In this document: piece by piece, positions 1 to 13,530 of the stretch
Position numbering within the stretch: position 1 is the first letter of the stretch
Layout: every line of letters starts with the position of its first letter
Assembly (NCBI RefSeq): GCF_009914755.1
Contig: NC_060936.1
DNA: 64,000 nt
DNA from: the human T2T-CHM13v2.0 reference genome, Homo sapiens
Direction: 5' to 3' (one strand)
Position numbers and translations under genes: made by a program
Notes under the pieces: generated by a model
Databases searched by the model: none
What the model saw: the letters and a program-made list of their open reading frames with translations, nothing else
Told to the model about the DNA's origin: nothing

Positions 1-229
1 TCAGGCAAGAGAGAAAACTCTAGACATCACCAGTGCCTGGGCTTTGTTGCAGGCAGAGGTGCTTTCTCTAGAAGGGAAAGCAAGTCCCTATAGTCATAAA
101 ATGAGCAGCTCTTCAGCTGCTAGTACTTGACCTCCAACCAGAATTGATGGGGTGCTCAGAACTATTCTAGGTACTTTGAATTTTTTTAACCTCATTAAGT
201 TCATCTATAAGACAGGTAGTTTTTATATT

Positions 230-1640
230 TTAAAATGATTTTATAACAGAAAATTTCAAATGTAATCAAAGAGACATAGATAATGAGTTCCCGTGCTCCA
301 GCTTCAACAGTTATAAACAGTTGCTGATTTGGTTTTATCTATTTCCCTCAAGATTTTTTTTTCTTTTCTGGGATGTTTGGAAGCAAATTCCAGCAATTAT
401 ATAATTTCACCTGTAAGTACAGTTTACCCTTGAACAACATGGGGGTTAGAGATGCTGACCCTTGGATGGTCAAAAATCTGCACATAAATTTTGACTCCCG
501 CAAAGCCTAACTACTAACAATCTACTGTTTACCTGAAGCCTGACTGATAACATAAACAGTCGATGAACACATATTTTGTATGTTGTATGTATTATTTAGT
601 GTATTCTTACAATAAAGTAGGCTAGAGAAAAGCAAATGTCATTAAGAAAATCCTAAGGAAGGTAAAATATATTTACTATTCATTAAGTGGAAGTGAACCA
701 TTGTAAAGGTCTTCATCCTCCTTGTCTTCACATTGAGCAGACTGAGGAAGAGAAGTAGGAAGAGGAGGAGGAGGAGGGCGGCTAGGTCTTGCCATCTCGG
801 GTGGCAGAGGCAGAAGAAAATCCACATGTAAGTGACCCACGCTGTTCAAACCTGTGTTGTTCAAGGTCAGCTGTACTTTGGCATGCATCTCTAACAGACA
901 AGATTTAAAAAAATATATATCACCAAATGCCTCTATCACTCCAGACAACAATAACAGTAAAACGCAAGAGATCCTTAACATCATCTAATATTCAGTTCAT
1001 ATGTAAATTTCCCTTATTATGTCGAAATATCTTTGCCGGTTGGTTTGAATCAGGATTCTAATAAAGTCTACACATTACATTTGCTTGTAGGTTTGTAAAT
1101 CTCTTTTTATCTATGATTGTTCCCCCTCCCATTTTGCATGTCATTTGTTTGTTGAAGAAACTAGGTCAGTTGTCCTGCAGAATGTCCCTCATTTTGATTT
1201 GGTTGGCTGCTTCCTTATTGTCCCTTAATTTATTCCTTCATCCTCCATGTTTTCTGTGACCTCGGAGTTAGATTCAGGTTCCGTTTGTTTTGAAGGGAGG
1301 GTCAAGGATGTGCCAGCTGTGGTTATGCCCCTTCCTGTTGTGACACTGAGATGGGTGGGTGGGCTCCGGGATTGGCAGCCTCATCCTTCATCTATTACTG
1401 AGGCCCCATCAGCCTTTCCCCTGATGGTTTTCACATCCATTGACGATTGTTGCCCAGATCCATTATTTCATTAGGGCTTGAAATGCTCATTTTCTGATTC
1501 TGTCATTCCTTTTGCGTTGAGTAGCTGGAATTCTTCTATAAAGAAGAACGCTCTCTCATCAACAGTTTGGTTACCCTGAAATACCATGTGGCAGAAAAAG
1601 CAGGACAGGTGCTTTCTCATCACTTACCGGCTTTCAAAGT
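230..1640 (-). mobile_element. Old L1M (L1MC/L1ME-type) 3' fragment, interrupted by Tigger2a
   Basis: Resembles antisense L1M 3' sequence (gaaaatttcaaa; ggtttgaatcaggattcta; gttgtcctgcagaatgtccc). Continues on both sides of 420-873. Boundaries approximate. Confidence 0.6.
420..873 (-). mobile_element. Tigger2a (MER28) TcMar-Tigger MITE, full length
   Basis: Terminal inverted repeats cagtttacccttgaacaaca and tgttgttcaaggtcagctg, with TA on both sides (418-419, 874-875). Reverse-complement homologue of 25043-25473. Confidence 0.9.
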
Positions 1641-1679
1641 AATGAGTTGGTCCCTTGCAAAGGAGGATAGGTCTTTAAT

Positions 1680-2290
1680 TAATTGATTAAACAAGTATTT
1701 ATTGAGTTCCTGCTATATGCTGGGTATCGTTCTAACATCCTGATGGTTCAGCAGTGAACAAAACAGATAAAAATCCCTGCATTCTTGGAATTTACATTCC
1801 AATGGGGGAAGATGGATAGTGAACAAATTGGTGTGCTATATATTTAGTTCAGGGATGATACAGGCTATGGAGGAAAGCAAAGCAGGACAGGGACATGAGG
1901 ATGCTAGAGGGGTGGGATGCTAGAGGATGCTAGGAATTTGGGTTTGCAATCTTGAATAGGGTAAGCAGGCTCAGGAGGTGACATTTAAGCAAACTCTTGA
2001 GAAGGTGAGAAATTGCTGGAGAGGAGCAGGCCAGGCAGAAGGCTGGAGTGCGTGAGGTAGGGATGCTGGTGTGGAGCCCGTGTGGGGAAGATGGTAGGAG
2101 ACGGGCCTAGAGAGGTGGTTGCAGGGGCAGACCAGGCAGAGTCTTAGAAACCATTTTCAGGGCCTTGGTTTTCCCCTGGATGAGATGGGCAGCCCTGGAG
2201 GACTGTAAGCAGAGGTATAGTCTGACTCACGTTTTTAAAGGGTCCTGCTGGCCGCTTGGGGAGAAGATGGAGAAGTCAAGTAAGGGTAGA
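1680..2290 (-). mobile_element. L2 LINE 3' fragment
   Basis: L2 tail motif aacaagtatttattgag...cagtgaacaaaacaga...ggaatttacattc, followed by the purine-rich L2 body. Confidence 0.8.
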
Positions 2291-3246
2291 ACTGAGTTTA
2301 GGCTTGAAAGCAGAGAGCCTTCAGCCCTGGTCAAGCTTCCTTCCATGTCAGCTAGGGCCTATTGGGGGGGTTGGAGCTGGGGGGCAGCAAGTGCTTCACC
2401 TGTTCCTAGGGGTTCTCTGTGCATGTGGCATTACAGGAAATGCTTCCAACTCAATCCCGTCCTTTAAAATTCCTAGGCATAGCATTCTCGAGCGCTTCAG
2501 GACATAAAATCCCGGAGCAGAAACCTTCCTCCCCGAGTCTCTAAACAATGGCTACATGTCCATCACCCCAGAGAACTGGAATTCCATTTTATACTGAAAG
2601 TGGGATACACGAGGACAATGCTATCACTTGACCCATCTTCTTTCATGGTTGGTGGTGAGTCTTTTGGACCGTCTTTACCATCACTGAAGAATTGGCATTG
2701 GCTAGCAAGGCACATTCAGGGGGAACTTCTCATGATTCCAGAACTCAGCATTTGTGGTGGGATCGGCCATCAGTCTACGGAGGGTGACCCCTCCACCCAT
2801 GGCCAGGTCGGCTTAATCAATAGGTGTCTGATGGCATAAGGTGCAGAGCAACAGGGCACCTTTTCCTTTCCATCCAGATTTTCCCAGCCAGCTTGGAGAG
2901 CACTTTTTACCCAGGCTGCCTTCCCAACACCCAGAGAGCCCTTCTGTGGATGAGCATCTCTCCTTGCCTGTAACTCTCTCCTATCAAAGGCTGCTCGTGA
3001 ATTTCTGGGTGCTTAGCAACCAGGAGAGGGGACGATACAAGCCGCCTCTATCCCTGTCAGGTAGCTGCTCCCGTTGTTCGTCTTCTCCTCTGGGTTTGTA
3101 TATGCAGTGAAAGTAGCCAGAGAGACACTCCACCTCAACTTAAACAGCAACTTCCTAAATAAATAAAAAATACACAGAATCCAGTTCAAGCAGATCTTGC
3201 CTCAAAGACAGCTTGAAAGCATCCCTTCTCATTATTCCCTGCCTGA

Positions 3247-3759
<513 letters not shown>

Positions 3760-4583
3760 TAACCCTCTGAGATTCCCACAAGCCTAGCATGAAGATGAGA
3801 CACACCAAGGGAGGTGAGGAGCTAGGAGAAGGGCAGGCATCTCCAAATTGCAAGTTTCTTCTCAAACTGCAGATCTGCAGAGAAAAGGAAGGACACAGTG
3901 AAGGAAGCAGATTCTCCAAGGAAGGGATATCAGGACTTAGGAATGGACTCTTTGCCTCTTATTAAAAGGAAAGTTGCTTGCTGGGGAAGTAGCAGATTAT
4001 TTCAAATGGGTATCCGTCCTTGGTAGCCACCAATATCCATCAGTTTAACAGGAGAGGAAATAGAGTTGTCATGCCAGGAGGATTTTGGAGGAGCCAGCGG
4101 CTGGCTATCGAGAAGGGAAGGGAGCTAGCACTTGCTGAGTTTCTTCAAGGGGCCATGCACTAACTGTAGGAAGCATGGACTTTGCTTTTTGCATGGGATG
4201 AACCTAACTCAGAGTTGATGCTGCATGTAGGATTATGTTTTTCCGACAATCCAGGGATCTGCAGAAGGCTTGCTACAGGATCTGAGCAGGAGTCTAAGCA
4301 GTTGTCTTGTGGTATCAATGCTCCTGTGTCTGGAGAGCTGGTCGCTAAGACCTGGAGTCTGGGCCCCTTGTGGGGGTGTCACAGAAGGCTGTGAACACCT
4401 CTCTGCTCCTGGAAAATGCCTTCCTTTCCTGGCCCCAGGACAGACTCTCCGACTTCCTTCATGACCGGGTTCCCACTCGGGAGCCTTTGGAACCGCTTGA
4501 GTACCAGATTATTAACAGGACCCGTGATTGTGATTTCTTCCCCCGTACAAATTCACAGACCCTGAGAAGAAAAGGAGAAGATA

Positions 4584-4939
<356 letters not shown>

Positions 4940-5579
4940 CTAATAGTTATTTAATGGATAAACAGGCATTAAAATGAATGTTTGATGACTTGGAATCCAG
5001 TCTTTTATAAAACTCTCAGTGTTCTGTGATTCCAGGCACTCATGGCTGTGGCAGGCATCCTGCCAGGTGGAGCTGGGAGTTCAGCACAGAAGTAAGTCGG
5101 GGAGGAGGTATGCATTGCCACAGACTTAGGAAGTGTTCCCTGGACCTGCTGATGATAGGTTGGTCTTAGCCATGTTCCTGAACAAGTAAGTTGTCTAATG
5201 AAAGGAAAACATACCAACCTGTTAGTGGAGTTAGCACCCTAGACCCATAGACTCTAAGGTTGGAAGGACTTTTGAAGTCATCTAGCCCCTTGCCCCACTC
5301 GATGCGTGATTAATACGCACCACAGAAACTCCGGGCTCTGAATACTGAACATTGACCCAGACCCCTATTGCGTTAGAAAATATTATTGCAATTAGTGGAA
5401 TGCTGCTAGAATATTGGCTCCAGACCTGAGTCTCAAAGTTGGAAGAGATTTAGAAAGAAGGATGTCCAGAGGAAGGAACAGACATGAGTGAAGTTGGAAA
5501 ATGGAGACTGGCAAAGAGTAGCTCGAAAAAGAACAAAGTTTCCTAATAATGACCACAAATGAGTATTTGGCTGTTCAAT

Positions 5580-5960
5580 GGATATATGCTTGCTCCACGC
5601 TCATTGGATGCTAGCCTGCTCTCAGGAAGAGCTCTTGCCTTCCTGCCTCCAAACCACTGTACACACCGTTGCTAGATTGATCTCCCAAGAATCAGCTTCT
5701 ACCATGCTCTTTCTCTGCTTCAAATGAAATTTTGATCATTTCTCTTCATCTGACAGGTGAAAATCAAAATTTTCTGAGCTTGGTCCTCAAGGCCCTTCCT
5801 TCTCCACTCATCCTTTGGCCAGGCAGGCCCTCCAACTGCCTCCTGAGCAGCCTCACTCAGGTCTTTGCTCATACTTGCTAGAATGGAGAGCACGTCTTCT
5901 CGTTCCCTGTAACCCCAACAGTGTCTGTTGTAAGGTTGAGCACACGGTAGATGGATGGAT
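5580..5960 (+). mobile_element. L2 fragment
   Basis: Degenerate L2 body, ending in a cacacggtagatggatggatgaa-type tail. Confidence 0.5.
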
Positions 5961-6218
5961 GAAGCCTTCATTCTGAGTAAACACGCATGCAAGTATAAAC
6001 ACATACCTACACACAGAAACACCACACACTCTTAAGTGTAGATGAAGAGAAAGAACCCTTTCTTTCTTCCCTGGTGTCTGGCAAAGGCCAAAGGGGTGGT
6101 GGGGAAAGCATTAGGATACAGAGGCTCTGGTTCTTGTTCCTCCCTGGAACTGGCTTCTGCTAGGAAGCCCAGCAGGGCCTGAGTGCTGGCAAGCCTGGCA
6201 TGGAGCCCTCCTGCTTTG

Positions 6219-6279
6219 GAGGAAGCGAAATGTCCCAGCAGGATGAGTCAGTGGGAGAATGGAACCAGAAAGTGAGTCA
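6219..6279. promoter_or_regulatory. Candidate enhancer: ETS-IRF composite plus two AP-1 sites
   Basis: GAGGAAGCGAAA at 6219-6230 (fits GGAAnnGAAA). TGAGTCA at 6244-6250 and 6273-6279. Confidence 0.45.
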
Positions 6280-6469
6280 TTTTGGGAGCAGAGGCTAAAG
6301 GATCTTCTCTGCTCAAAGATATTTTAGGTCTTGGTAGGTTTTCCCCACTTCTCTTGTTTAGATATAAGTTTGGGGCATGTGACTACAGTGGCTCAGTTCC
6401 CAGATGTAATGCTGAGAGACTGTCCAGTGCGCTGCGTTCTAGAACATTTTTGCTGATAGGGAGGCCGTA

Positions 6470-6610
6470 AAGTGAGGGGCTGGTTTTGGAGCCAGGCAGA
6501 TTGGGTTCTAATCACAGCGTGTCCCAGAATCAGCTGGGGACCTAGAGTGAGTTGTTTAATCTCTTAAAGTATAGTTTTTATCATTTTCAAAATGAGGGTT
6601 GTTGGAAATG
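6470..6610 (+). mobile_element. MIR SINE
   Basis: ttttggagccaggcagattgggttctaatc...tttaatctctt...ttttcaaaatgagg matches the MIR head and core. Confidence 0.7.
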
Positions 6611-6724
6611 TCAAATGGTTGTTCAGCAAGTGTTTGTTGAGTCCCTAGTGTGTGTCTGGCACAGAGCTGAGTGCAGAGTATGGGGTGCTGAATACTGCAG
6701 CCACGCATCCTGCCCTCTGGGGAC

Positions 6725-7423
6725 GGGTGCAGCTTGGGATTGTGTTATATTTGTAGCAGTTCTGATGACAACAAGAATAAAATAAAACACCTGGATTTGT
6801 TTCATGAACATAACCCTCAAATCTGCACTCCCCTATTACGTGTTTGGGCAACTGAGTTTTGGAACCTACATATCAGACTCAAATGTTTTCTTCTGGGGGG
6901 TTACAGTCTGGGGAAGACCCCTGTGTAAAGCATGTAGCATAGTGCCTGTGGACAGGAGAGCCCAGTCCGTGACGGCGGTAACAATGATCATTACTACCTC
7001 TGTTATTTCCTGTAGCCAACTGACATCTTTGCACCTCTGTTTCCTCATCCAGAAAATGTTCAGCTGAATTGCAGTCCTTTCACAGAGGCAGTTCCTGAGT
7101 CTCTAGTCTTGGGGCTCATGCTTGAAGTTATTTAGAGAATCTCTAAGATACAAGTGGAGAGACAGCTGGAAGGGGCAGCACCCAGGCCTTCAGTGTGGGG
7201 ACAGAGTTAAGATCAACATGATCACAGCAGACTGACACGGCGAGCTGAAACAAACAGGAAAACATTTGAGCCTGATGTTAGGTTCCAAAACTCAGTTGCT
7301 GAAAGGCGTAATAGGGGAGCGCAGATTTGAGGGTCATGCCCATGAAAACAAATCCAGGTGTTTTATTTTATTCTTGTTGCCATCAGAACTGCTACAAATA
7401 TGACACAATTCCATGCTGCACCC
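6725..7423. repeat. Inverted repeat: arms 6725-6890 and 7258-7423, 367-bp spacer
   Basis: Manual alignment of arm 1 to the reverse complement of arm 2 gives about 14 substitutions and 2 single-base indels over 166 bp (~90%). Confidence 0.95.
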
Positions 7424-7900
7424 ACAGAATAGTGAGTAGTGTGTAGGCCAGGGCAAGAAAAAGAAGAGCAATAATATTCTAGTTATTGTAGGCCAGGGGA
7501 CCCACATCCACGATATCGTTTTTTTACAGCTCATTACTGAATCCTCACAATAACCCCATGGGGTAGATATTACTGTTATTACCCTTTTATAGATGAGAAC
7601 ACTGGAGCTTAGCGAGGGTAAGTAATGGACTGCAAGGACACTCTGTCTCTGGCCCAGAGGAACAGCTGGAGGATGCAGGCAAGATGTGTGTTAAGGGGGT
7701 CCTGCAGAGTGGGGGTAAACTGATTCTGGATTACTCATTAATGTAGAACTCCGACCAGTGGGTGGAGGGTATGGGTTCAATAGGGAGCTCTTCAGAAATG
7801 GAACATGTTGAGAGGCCAGGAGTTCTCCATCCCTGAAAGCATTCAAGGAGAGGTTGGGTGGCTGTGGGAGGTATTGGAGAAGGGATTTTAACATCGGGAG
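7075..7900 (+). mobile_element. L3/CR1 LINE relic, interrupted by a MIR (about 7480-7640, minus)
   Basis: CR1-like blocks ttaggttccaaaactcagttg...ggggag...catgaaaacaaatccaggtgtttta and tctccatccctgaaagcattcaaggagaggttgg. MIR core aatcctcacaataaccccatg...tttatagatgagaacactggag. Confidence 0.6.
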
Positions 7901-7935
7901 GGAACTGGGGAGATTGTGTGTGAGTTTCTGTCTGC

Positions 7936-7959
7936 AAAAAAAAAAAAAAAAAAAAAAAA
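7936..7959 (+). repeat. Pure poly(A)24
   Basis: 24 uninterrupted A. Confidence 0.95.
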
Positions 7960-8814
7960 TGACGGTACCAACCTTGAACCCATGTAATCTTCTTCAGTAA
8001 TATTCAAGCAAGAACAGCCACCATAAAATTGTGTGAGCAAATCAGGTAATACTGGTGAAAGCCAAACACAGGCTCCCCGTTGTGTGAGTGAGAACATGAC
8101 ATTGTTACAGTGATGGGTTCATGCACCCTGGGGTGGGTATGCTGATGGTTTCTTCTGCTTCTGCTTCTACGAGGCCCCTCTCCCAATGCCTTTCCCAAAT
8201 CTCTCCTTATGGGGTTTTTTTCCCCCTCCTAAACCACCTTAAATCGAAATCCACTCACATTTGTAGCCATTTCACAGTCTCTTTGCATATTGGTGAGCCC
8301 TGTCGGGGGTCGCTGGTATCTTATAGTATTGATGTTACAAAATGTAAAGTTACTTTGGGGAAATGACTTCTCTTCTGAAGCTTTTATAGGGAGAAGGTGG
8401 TGAGCTTACCCCTACACTCTCTCCTTTCCTTTGTCTAATTCCTCCACAGAACATTTGTCCGGTGCTCACTGTGGACTGGAAGTGTGCTAGGGACTGTGTA
8501 CTGCAAGGTGACTGGGATGTGCGCCTGAGCATCCCTGAGTCCAAGGTAGGGGAAAGAGGAAGTGGTCCACGATGACACTGTGATGACGGCCATCCTGATG
8601 AAGGCACACCCCACCCTGCAGCGGCTCAGGGAAGGGGCGCGTGTGCAGACATCTTGCAGGCAGGGTTTAGATGGTGCTGTCCTCGGAAGAGAGGACTTTG
8701 GAAGAAGGTGGTCTTGGTTTCGGTCCTTAGTCCACCGGATGCCAGGTAATCCTTAACCTTTCTGAGCCTCTGTTCTTCACCTCTTAAATGGGGATATCAC
8801 TTCCCCCAGATGAT

Positions 8815-8976
8815 CTTTTATTTTGTTTTTAAAAAATTATTATTTTTAGTATTTTTAATAGAAATGGGGTCTCACTATGTTGACCAGGCTTGTCTCCGAC
8901 TCCTGGCCTCAAACAATCCTCCCATCTCGGCCTCCCAAAGTGCTGAGATTATAGGCGTGAGCCACCATGCCCAGCC
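8815..8976 (-). mobile_element. FLAM/AluJ left monomer inserted in a MIR (about 8740-9050)
   Basis: Single Alu arm (gggtctcactatgttgaccaggct...gagccaccatgcccagcc) with T-rich tail. MIR sequence on both flanks. Confidence 0.85.
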
Positions 8977-9189
8977 CCCTGACGTGATTTCTATGAAAAT
9001 GAAATTAAATGAGTTAATTTAGGGAAGCCACTTAACATAATTCCTGGCTCAAAAAAAAAAAGAAAAAAGAAAGTTTTCTTCCCTTCCTGACCTTGTAGGA
9101 GAACAGAGCTCCTTCGCCTGAGGGGCATGAGTCCCTATGCAGAGGTTCCCTAACACCTGCTCATAGGTCTGTGTCCCGCTGATCTGGTA

Positions 9190-9330
9190 AGCACCGGGAA
9201 TGGTCTCTTAAACACAAAGTTTGGGCTGCCTTCTCTAGAGATTCTATTTCCACAAGTGTGGGAAGGGGCTGCACGGGAATCAGAAATGTTTCCCCAGTGA
9301 TTCTGATGCATAGTTCAGTTTGAAGACGTG
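9190..9330. mobile_element. MER5-family hAT MITE fragment
   Basis: agagattctatttc...ccccagtgattctgatgcatagttcagtttgaagac. Confidence 0.55.
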
Positions 9331-10409
9331 CTAACAATATATACCAACAAAAGTTGTCTGCGTCTTTTTCTGGGGACAGACCCCCCCCCGGCTTTCATCA
9401 GAATGTCACGGTCCCACACAAATGAAGATGCATCCTCTCATGGTATGTGCTAGCGGGCACAGAGAGTGGGGCTGGAGAATGAGGGCTTGGTAGGCGAAAG
9501 GCCCCAGGGCCAGCCCTGCTCTGCCCTCGTCTCTTGCCTTCCCGCCAGGTGGGTCAGGAAATAGGAACAGGTGGTTAGTCACGGGGCTCTCCAGCAGGTA
9601 GGGCAGTGGCTGAGGAAATAGCGGTATCTCATCAGCTCTGTCTCTAGAGGTTCTTAAGATACTTAGTTGTCACCAGCCTGAAAAGTCAGCGTGGAAAATG
9701 TTCCAGCCTGGTTCCTGTAAACGTAAAATCTGTTATGAATTATATCCATCCACGTGGAAGAGGGAGACAGAGTGATCTGGTATGTGCAGGAGAGGGCCAG
9801 CCTCTGCCTGGTCTGAAAGCTTTTGCAATTGTTCCTAATTGGCCCAGTCTTTTTCTGCAGGAATCTCCTCTCTTTTCTCCATCCCATCCCCCACTGCCTG
9901 CAGCTTCTGATTTCTTGGCAAGGCAAGCAGGCACCAGAGCTGGGGCTGCGGTTGTTCTGAAGGATTTTCAGGTGTGCGTGTTGAAAGCCGGCAGGAAGAG
10001 AATGCTGGCTCTGTGTTTAGCAGCCGAAGGGACTTGTTATTTAATGTGTCTTCTGAAGCCACGAGGCCTCGGCTTTGTAACTTGCTTTCTTTATTCTTAT
10101 AAATCTTCTAGGATGCTCCATGGACTGTAGGAGGAGCTCTGACTTCCCGACCATACCCTTGTGTTTACCACTACAGGGACAGAGGTTCACAGCTGCTTCT
10201 GGTTGCTGTAGATGATCTGGTTCCCTGATAATTTGAGATAAGTTTGTGTTAGTTTGGAGTCTTCGGTGAATACGTTAGGGTACATGTTTCTTCGTCGTTC
10301 CTGGCAGGGCTGATCATAGACCACATCAACCCAAGAATGTGTTTGCCTCTCTGATGAGGCTACATCTAGAATATGAACTTGTCGAGTGCTTAAGTATCTT
10401 TCTACATAG

Positions 10410-10570
10410 TTTATTCATTAGCCTGTTCATTTATCTGTTCAACAACTATTTCTTGCTTGTCAACCATGTTCTAGGCATGTCATGGGCTCTGGAAGCAGAG
10501 TGAGAAGCAAGGCTAAGTCCTGGGCTCACGGAACTTAGGTTCTAATGAGGAAGACAGGCAAACAAGGCGC
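10410..10570 (-). mobile_element. L2 3' end
   Basis: gttcaacaactatttcttg...gctcacggaacttaggttctaatgaggaagacag. Confidence 0.65.
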
Positions 10571-11193
10571 CGTGGAGAGGCAGGCAGAGAACCTTGCTTT
10601 CCAACCCTGCTCAGAGGTGCAGTCTCTTTATATATCCCACTTCCGCTATCCCCAAACATGCCCATTAGCACTGACATCTAAAGGGCTCATGGTGAATTAA
10701 AATGTGACCCCACCTCTGGGTATTTAGTCATTTAGTATTGAACTGGGGTTAAAGTCCTAAGGAAAGGCATGTGGAGCTAATATTTTTGGGGGGACAGGCC
10801 CTACTGGCAGCCATGGAATCTTACTCCGCGTGGCTCATTGCTCCTGGGCTTTACAACTCAACGCAGCTGTAGTTCATTCACCATGCTGTGGCCAAGCAGC
10901 AGGAGTTCAAATGTCCCCACTGCCATCTCCAAGTTGTCTCTCTCGGGTTCCTATTTCCCTGGCTTTTGTCACTCCCACCTCACCTGTGGCCCACATTCTT
11001 CTCTATTTGAATGTGTGGCAGGCAGGCGAGATAGACAATGGGGAGGAGTTGTTCTGCAGGAGAGAAGGGGACAGTCCTTCCTCCAGCCTGGAGCACTTCC
11101 TGCACCGCTCCCCACCCCGTCTACTCTCCATATCCCACCACGCCCTCAGGGCCTTGCCCTAACCCCGGAAGCCCACCTGTCTCTTGGCTGAAA

Positions 11194-11578
11194 TCCTATG
11201 GGCTGAGTTGGGTCCCCCCAAAACTCATGTGTTGAAGCCCTGTCTCCTGTACTTCTAGAATGTGACTGCATTTGGAGACAGGGTCTTTAAAGAGGTGATT
11301 AAGTTAGCATGAGACCATTAGGGTGGGCCTACTCCAATATGATTGGATTTATAAAAAGAAGAAACTTGGACACAGACACACATGGACACAGACACACATA
11401 GAAGGAAAAGCATGTGAAGACATGGGGAGAAGAGGGGCAACTGCAAGCCATGGCGGGAGGCCTCATGAGACATCCACCCTGCTGGCACCTTGATCTTGGA
11501 CTTCCAGCCTTCAGGAAGTTCATTTCTGTTGAGTAAGCTGCCCTGTCTGTGGCACTTTGTCAGGGCAGTCCCAGCACT
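11194..11578 (+). mobile_element. MLT1B-like MaLR solo LTR
   Basis: tatgggctgagttgggtccccccaaaactcatgtgttgaagccct...gaatgtgactgcatttggagacagggtctttaaagaggtgattaagtta...gcaccttgatcttggacttccagcct. Confidence 0.85.
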
Positions 11579-12489
11579 GCCTCCTGCCCTGTCTGTGTGG
11601 CCCTGGGCAGAAGCGGCCTGGGAGTGTCACTCACCCTTCCTCCTGCACCACGTGTCTTTGCCCGGTGGGCTCCAGCCGCGCCTGGGCAGCAGTCTAGACT
11701 TCCTGCAGTCTCTCAGGCTTCTCTGTGGCTGTCCCGTGCCGAGCGCCCAATGCACACTTGTAGCCTGATTGATTGGTTTTCTCAGCCAGGGCACGGATCG
11801 TTTCCTGGCCGCTCTCTGGCTCCTTTTCCAGGCACCTCACTCGGTTCCCTACTCTGAGGTGGCTACGGCCAGACTCGCCTCAGCAGCTGCCTCCACTACG
11901 GGCTGTGGTTTTTGGTGAGCTTCTTTCAGTCCTCTCATCTTTATGGGAAAACTGCCCAGCCCAGGACCAATTAGCGTGGGATGGTTGCAATAAAGGTCTC
12001 CCTTCCCGACATGTGGCCAGCACAGAGCCTTCCCTGGTTCCCTCCCGGCATTTAGTCACAGTCCCCAGCTGTGTGGTCGGTCCTCTCGGCTCATGTTATG
12101 GGTGGCCGGGAAGGCAGGCTGTCTTGGGATCTAGGCCCAAGTGACTAGGTCCATTGTGGGTGAGGCAAGGTGGCCACCTCTGCATCCTCCTAGGGGTGTC
12201 CTGAAGCGGCTGCGGGCCATGGGCAGGTGGCCGCTGAGGGGGTAAGGGTTCCTTTCAGTGTGAAATGTGCCTGTACCCAAGAGAACTTGCCTTCACTTTT
12301 TTTTATTTTAAAGAAATGAAGGGAGAAATAGAGACTAAAAACCCTGGGGGTCAGGGTCTGTGAGACAAACTGAGATGTGCTGGAGACATTGCTTATGGAT
12401 TTATTGATCCCTGACTTGTTCATACCATGTGCCTGGAATTCAGCACTTACACGTTTCCATAGCACAATGGACATCAGTTTAATCATAAT

Positions 12490-13110
12490 GGGATTTCTTA
12501 AGTGATTACTATATGCCAGGTACTATGCTAAGTCAGTTATCAACACGACCTCCTTTAATCCTTTCGACAATCCGATGGGGAAGCTCTCATTAGCCCCACT
12601 TGCCAGAAGAGGAAACTGAGGCTCAGAGTAGGTTACATGACTAAAAGAGCAGGGGCTCTGCATTCAGGTCTGCCTGACCCAGAGTGTATTATCTTAAACA
12701 TATGTGACACTTCTTGCTTGCCTTCCTGGTGCTGCACCATCTGTTTTTCCCTGTGAGGTCCCCTTTCCCCACAAACTGGCTGTGAGCACACCCGACCCCT
12801 TTCCTGTCCTGCTGCCCCCTTGCCTGTCCTGCTGCCCCCATCCCTCGGTGCTCAGCTTGTTGCCAGCAGAGTCAAACACACAGACTCATGGTAAAACGTT
12901 ATCTTACATTTGTGTACCTTTTCATGTTTTCAGAACCTTTTCCAGGCAGTATCTAATTTAATTTTTACCATCATTCTGTGAGTGAATATTTTCTGTCTTA
13001 TGGTTGGGGAAACTGAGGTCAGAGAGGTTAAATGATTGCCTGGGGTGGCACTGCCTAGCCTCTGTGTGGTGGAGCTAGGACCCAGTCGAGGCTCGGAGTT
13101 CTAATCCACC
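12490..13110 (-). mobile_element. Two MIR copies (about 12490-12690 and 12920-13110)
   Basis: MIR cores gaggaaactgaggctcagag and ggaaactgaggtcagagaggttaaatgattgcc. Confidence 0.75.
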
Positions 13111-13189
13111 AGTCTACCCTGGTAGGAACCTCTGTGCAAAGCCAGCCCCCATAGCAGCCTCTCTGTCTTGGGCCAAAGATACAAATCAG

Positions 13190-13530
13190 CAACGGCCAGG
13201 AAATGATTTGCATGAGGAACTGAGGTGGGGCGGTGGGCAGGAGAGAGGCTGAGGCAGCAAGGGACAGAGTGGGCACACAGAAACTTCCCTCTGGAGGCCT
13301 CAGCCTCTTCCCAAGGCTGAGCATCTGCGCAGGGCTTAGTTTGTTCATTCCTGGGAGCTCCAGGTAAGTCTCCCTCTCAGAGGGAAAAGCTGATTCTTCC
13401 AGGCAAGGGTGAAGAGACCCACCTTTCTGAGTCAGTGACCGACAGGCCAGAGGGCTGAAGATGTGGGCACTGCGGTGAGAACCGGAGTAGCCAAGGAAGC
13501 AGGGTGGTCCCCACAGGGGCGGCGATTGGT
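13190..13530. promoter_or_regulatory. Candidate promoter/enhancer motif cluster
   Basis: ETS CAGGAAAT 13197-13204, octamer ATTTGCAT 13206-13213, GAGGAACT 13214-13221, GC boxes 13227-13233 and 13516-13522, AP-1 13428-13434, reverse CCAAT 13525-13529. Confidence 0.4.
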
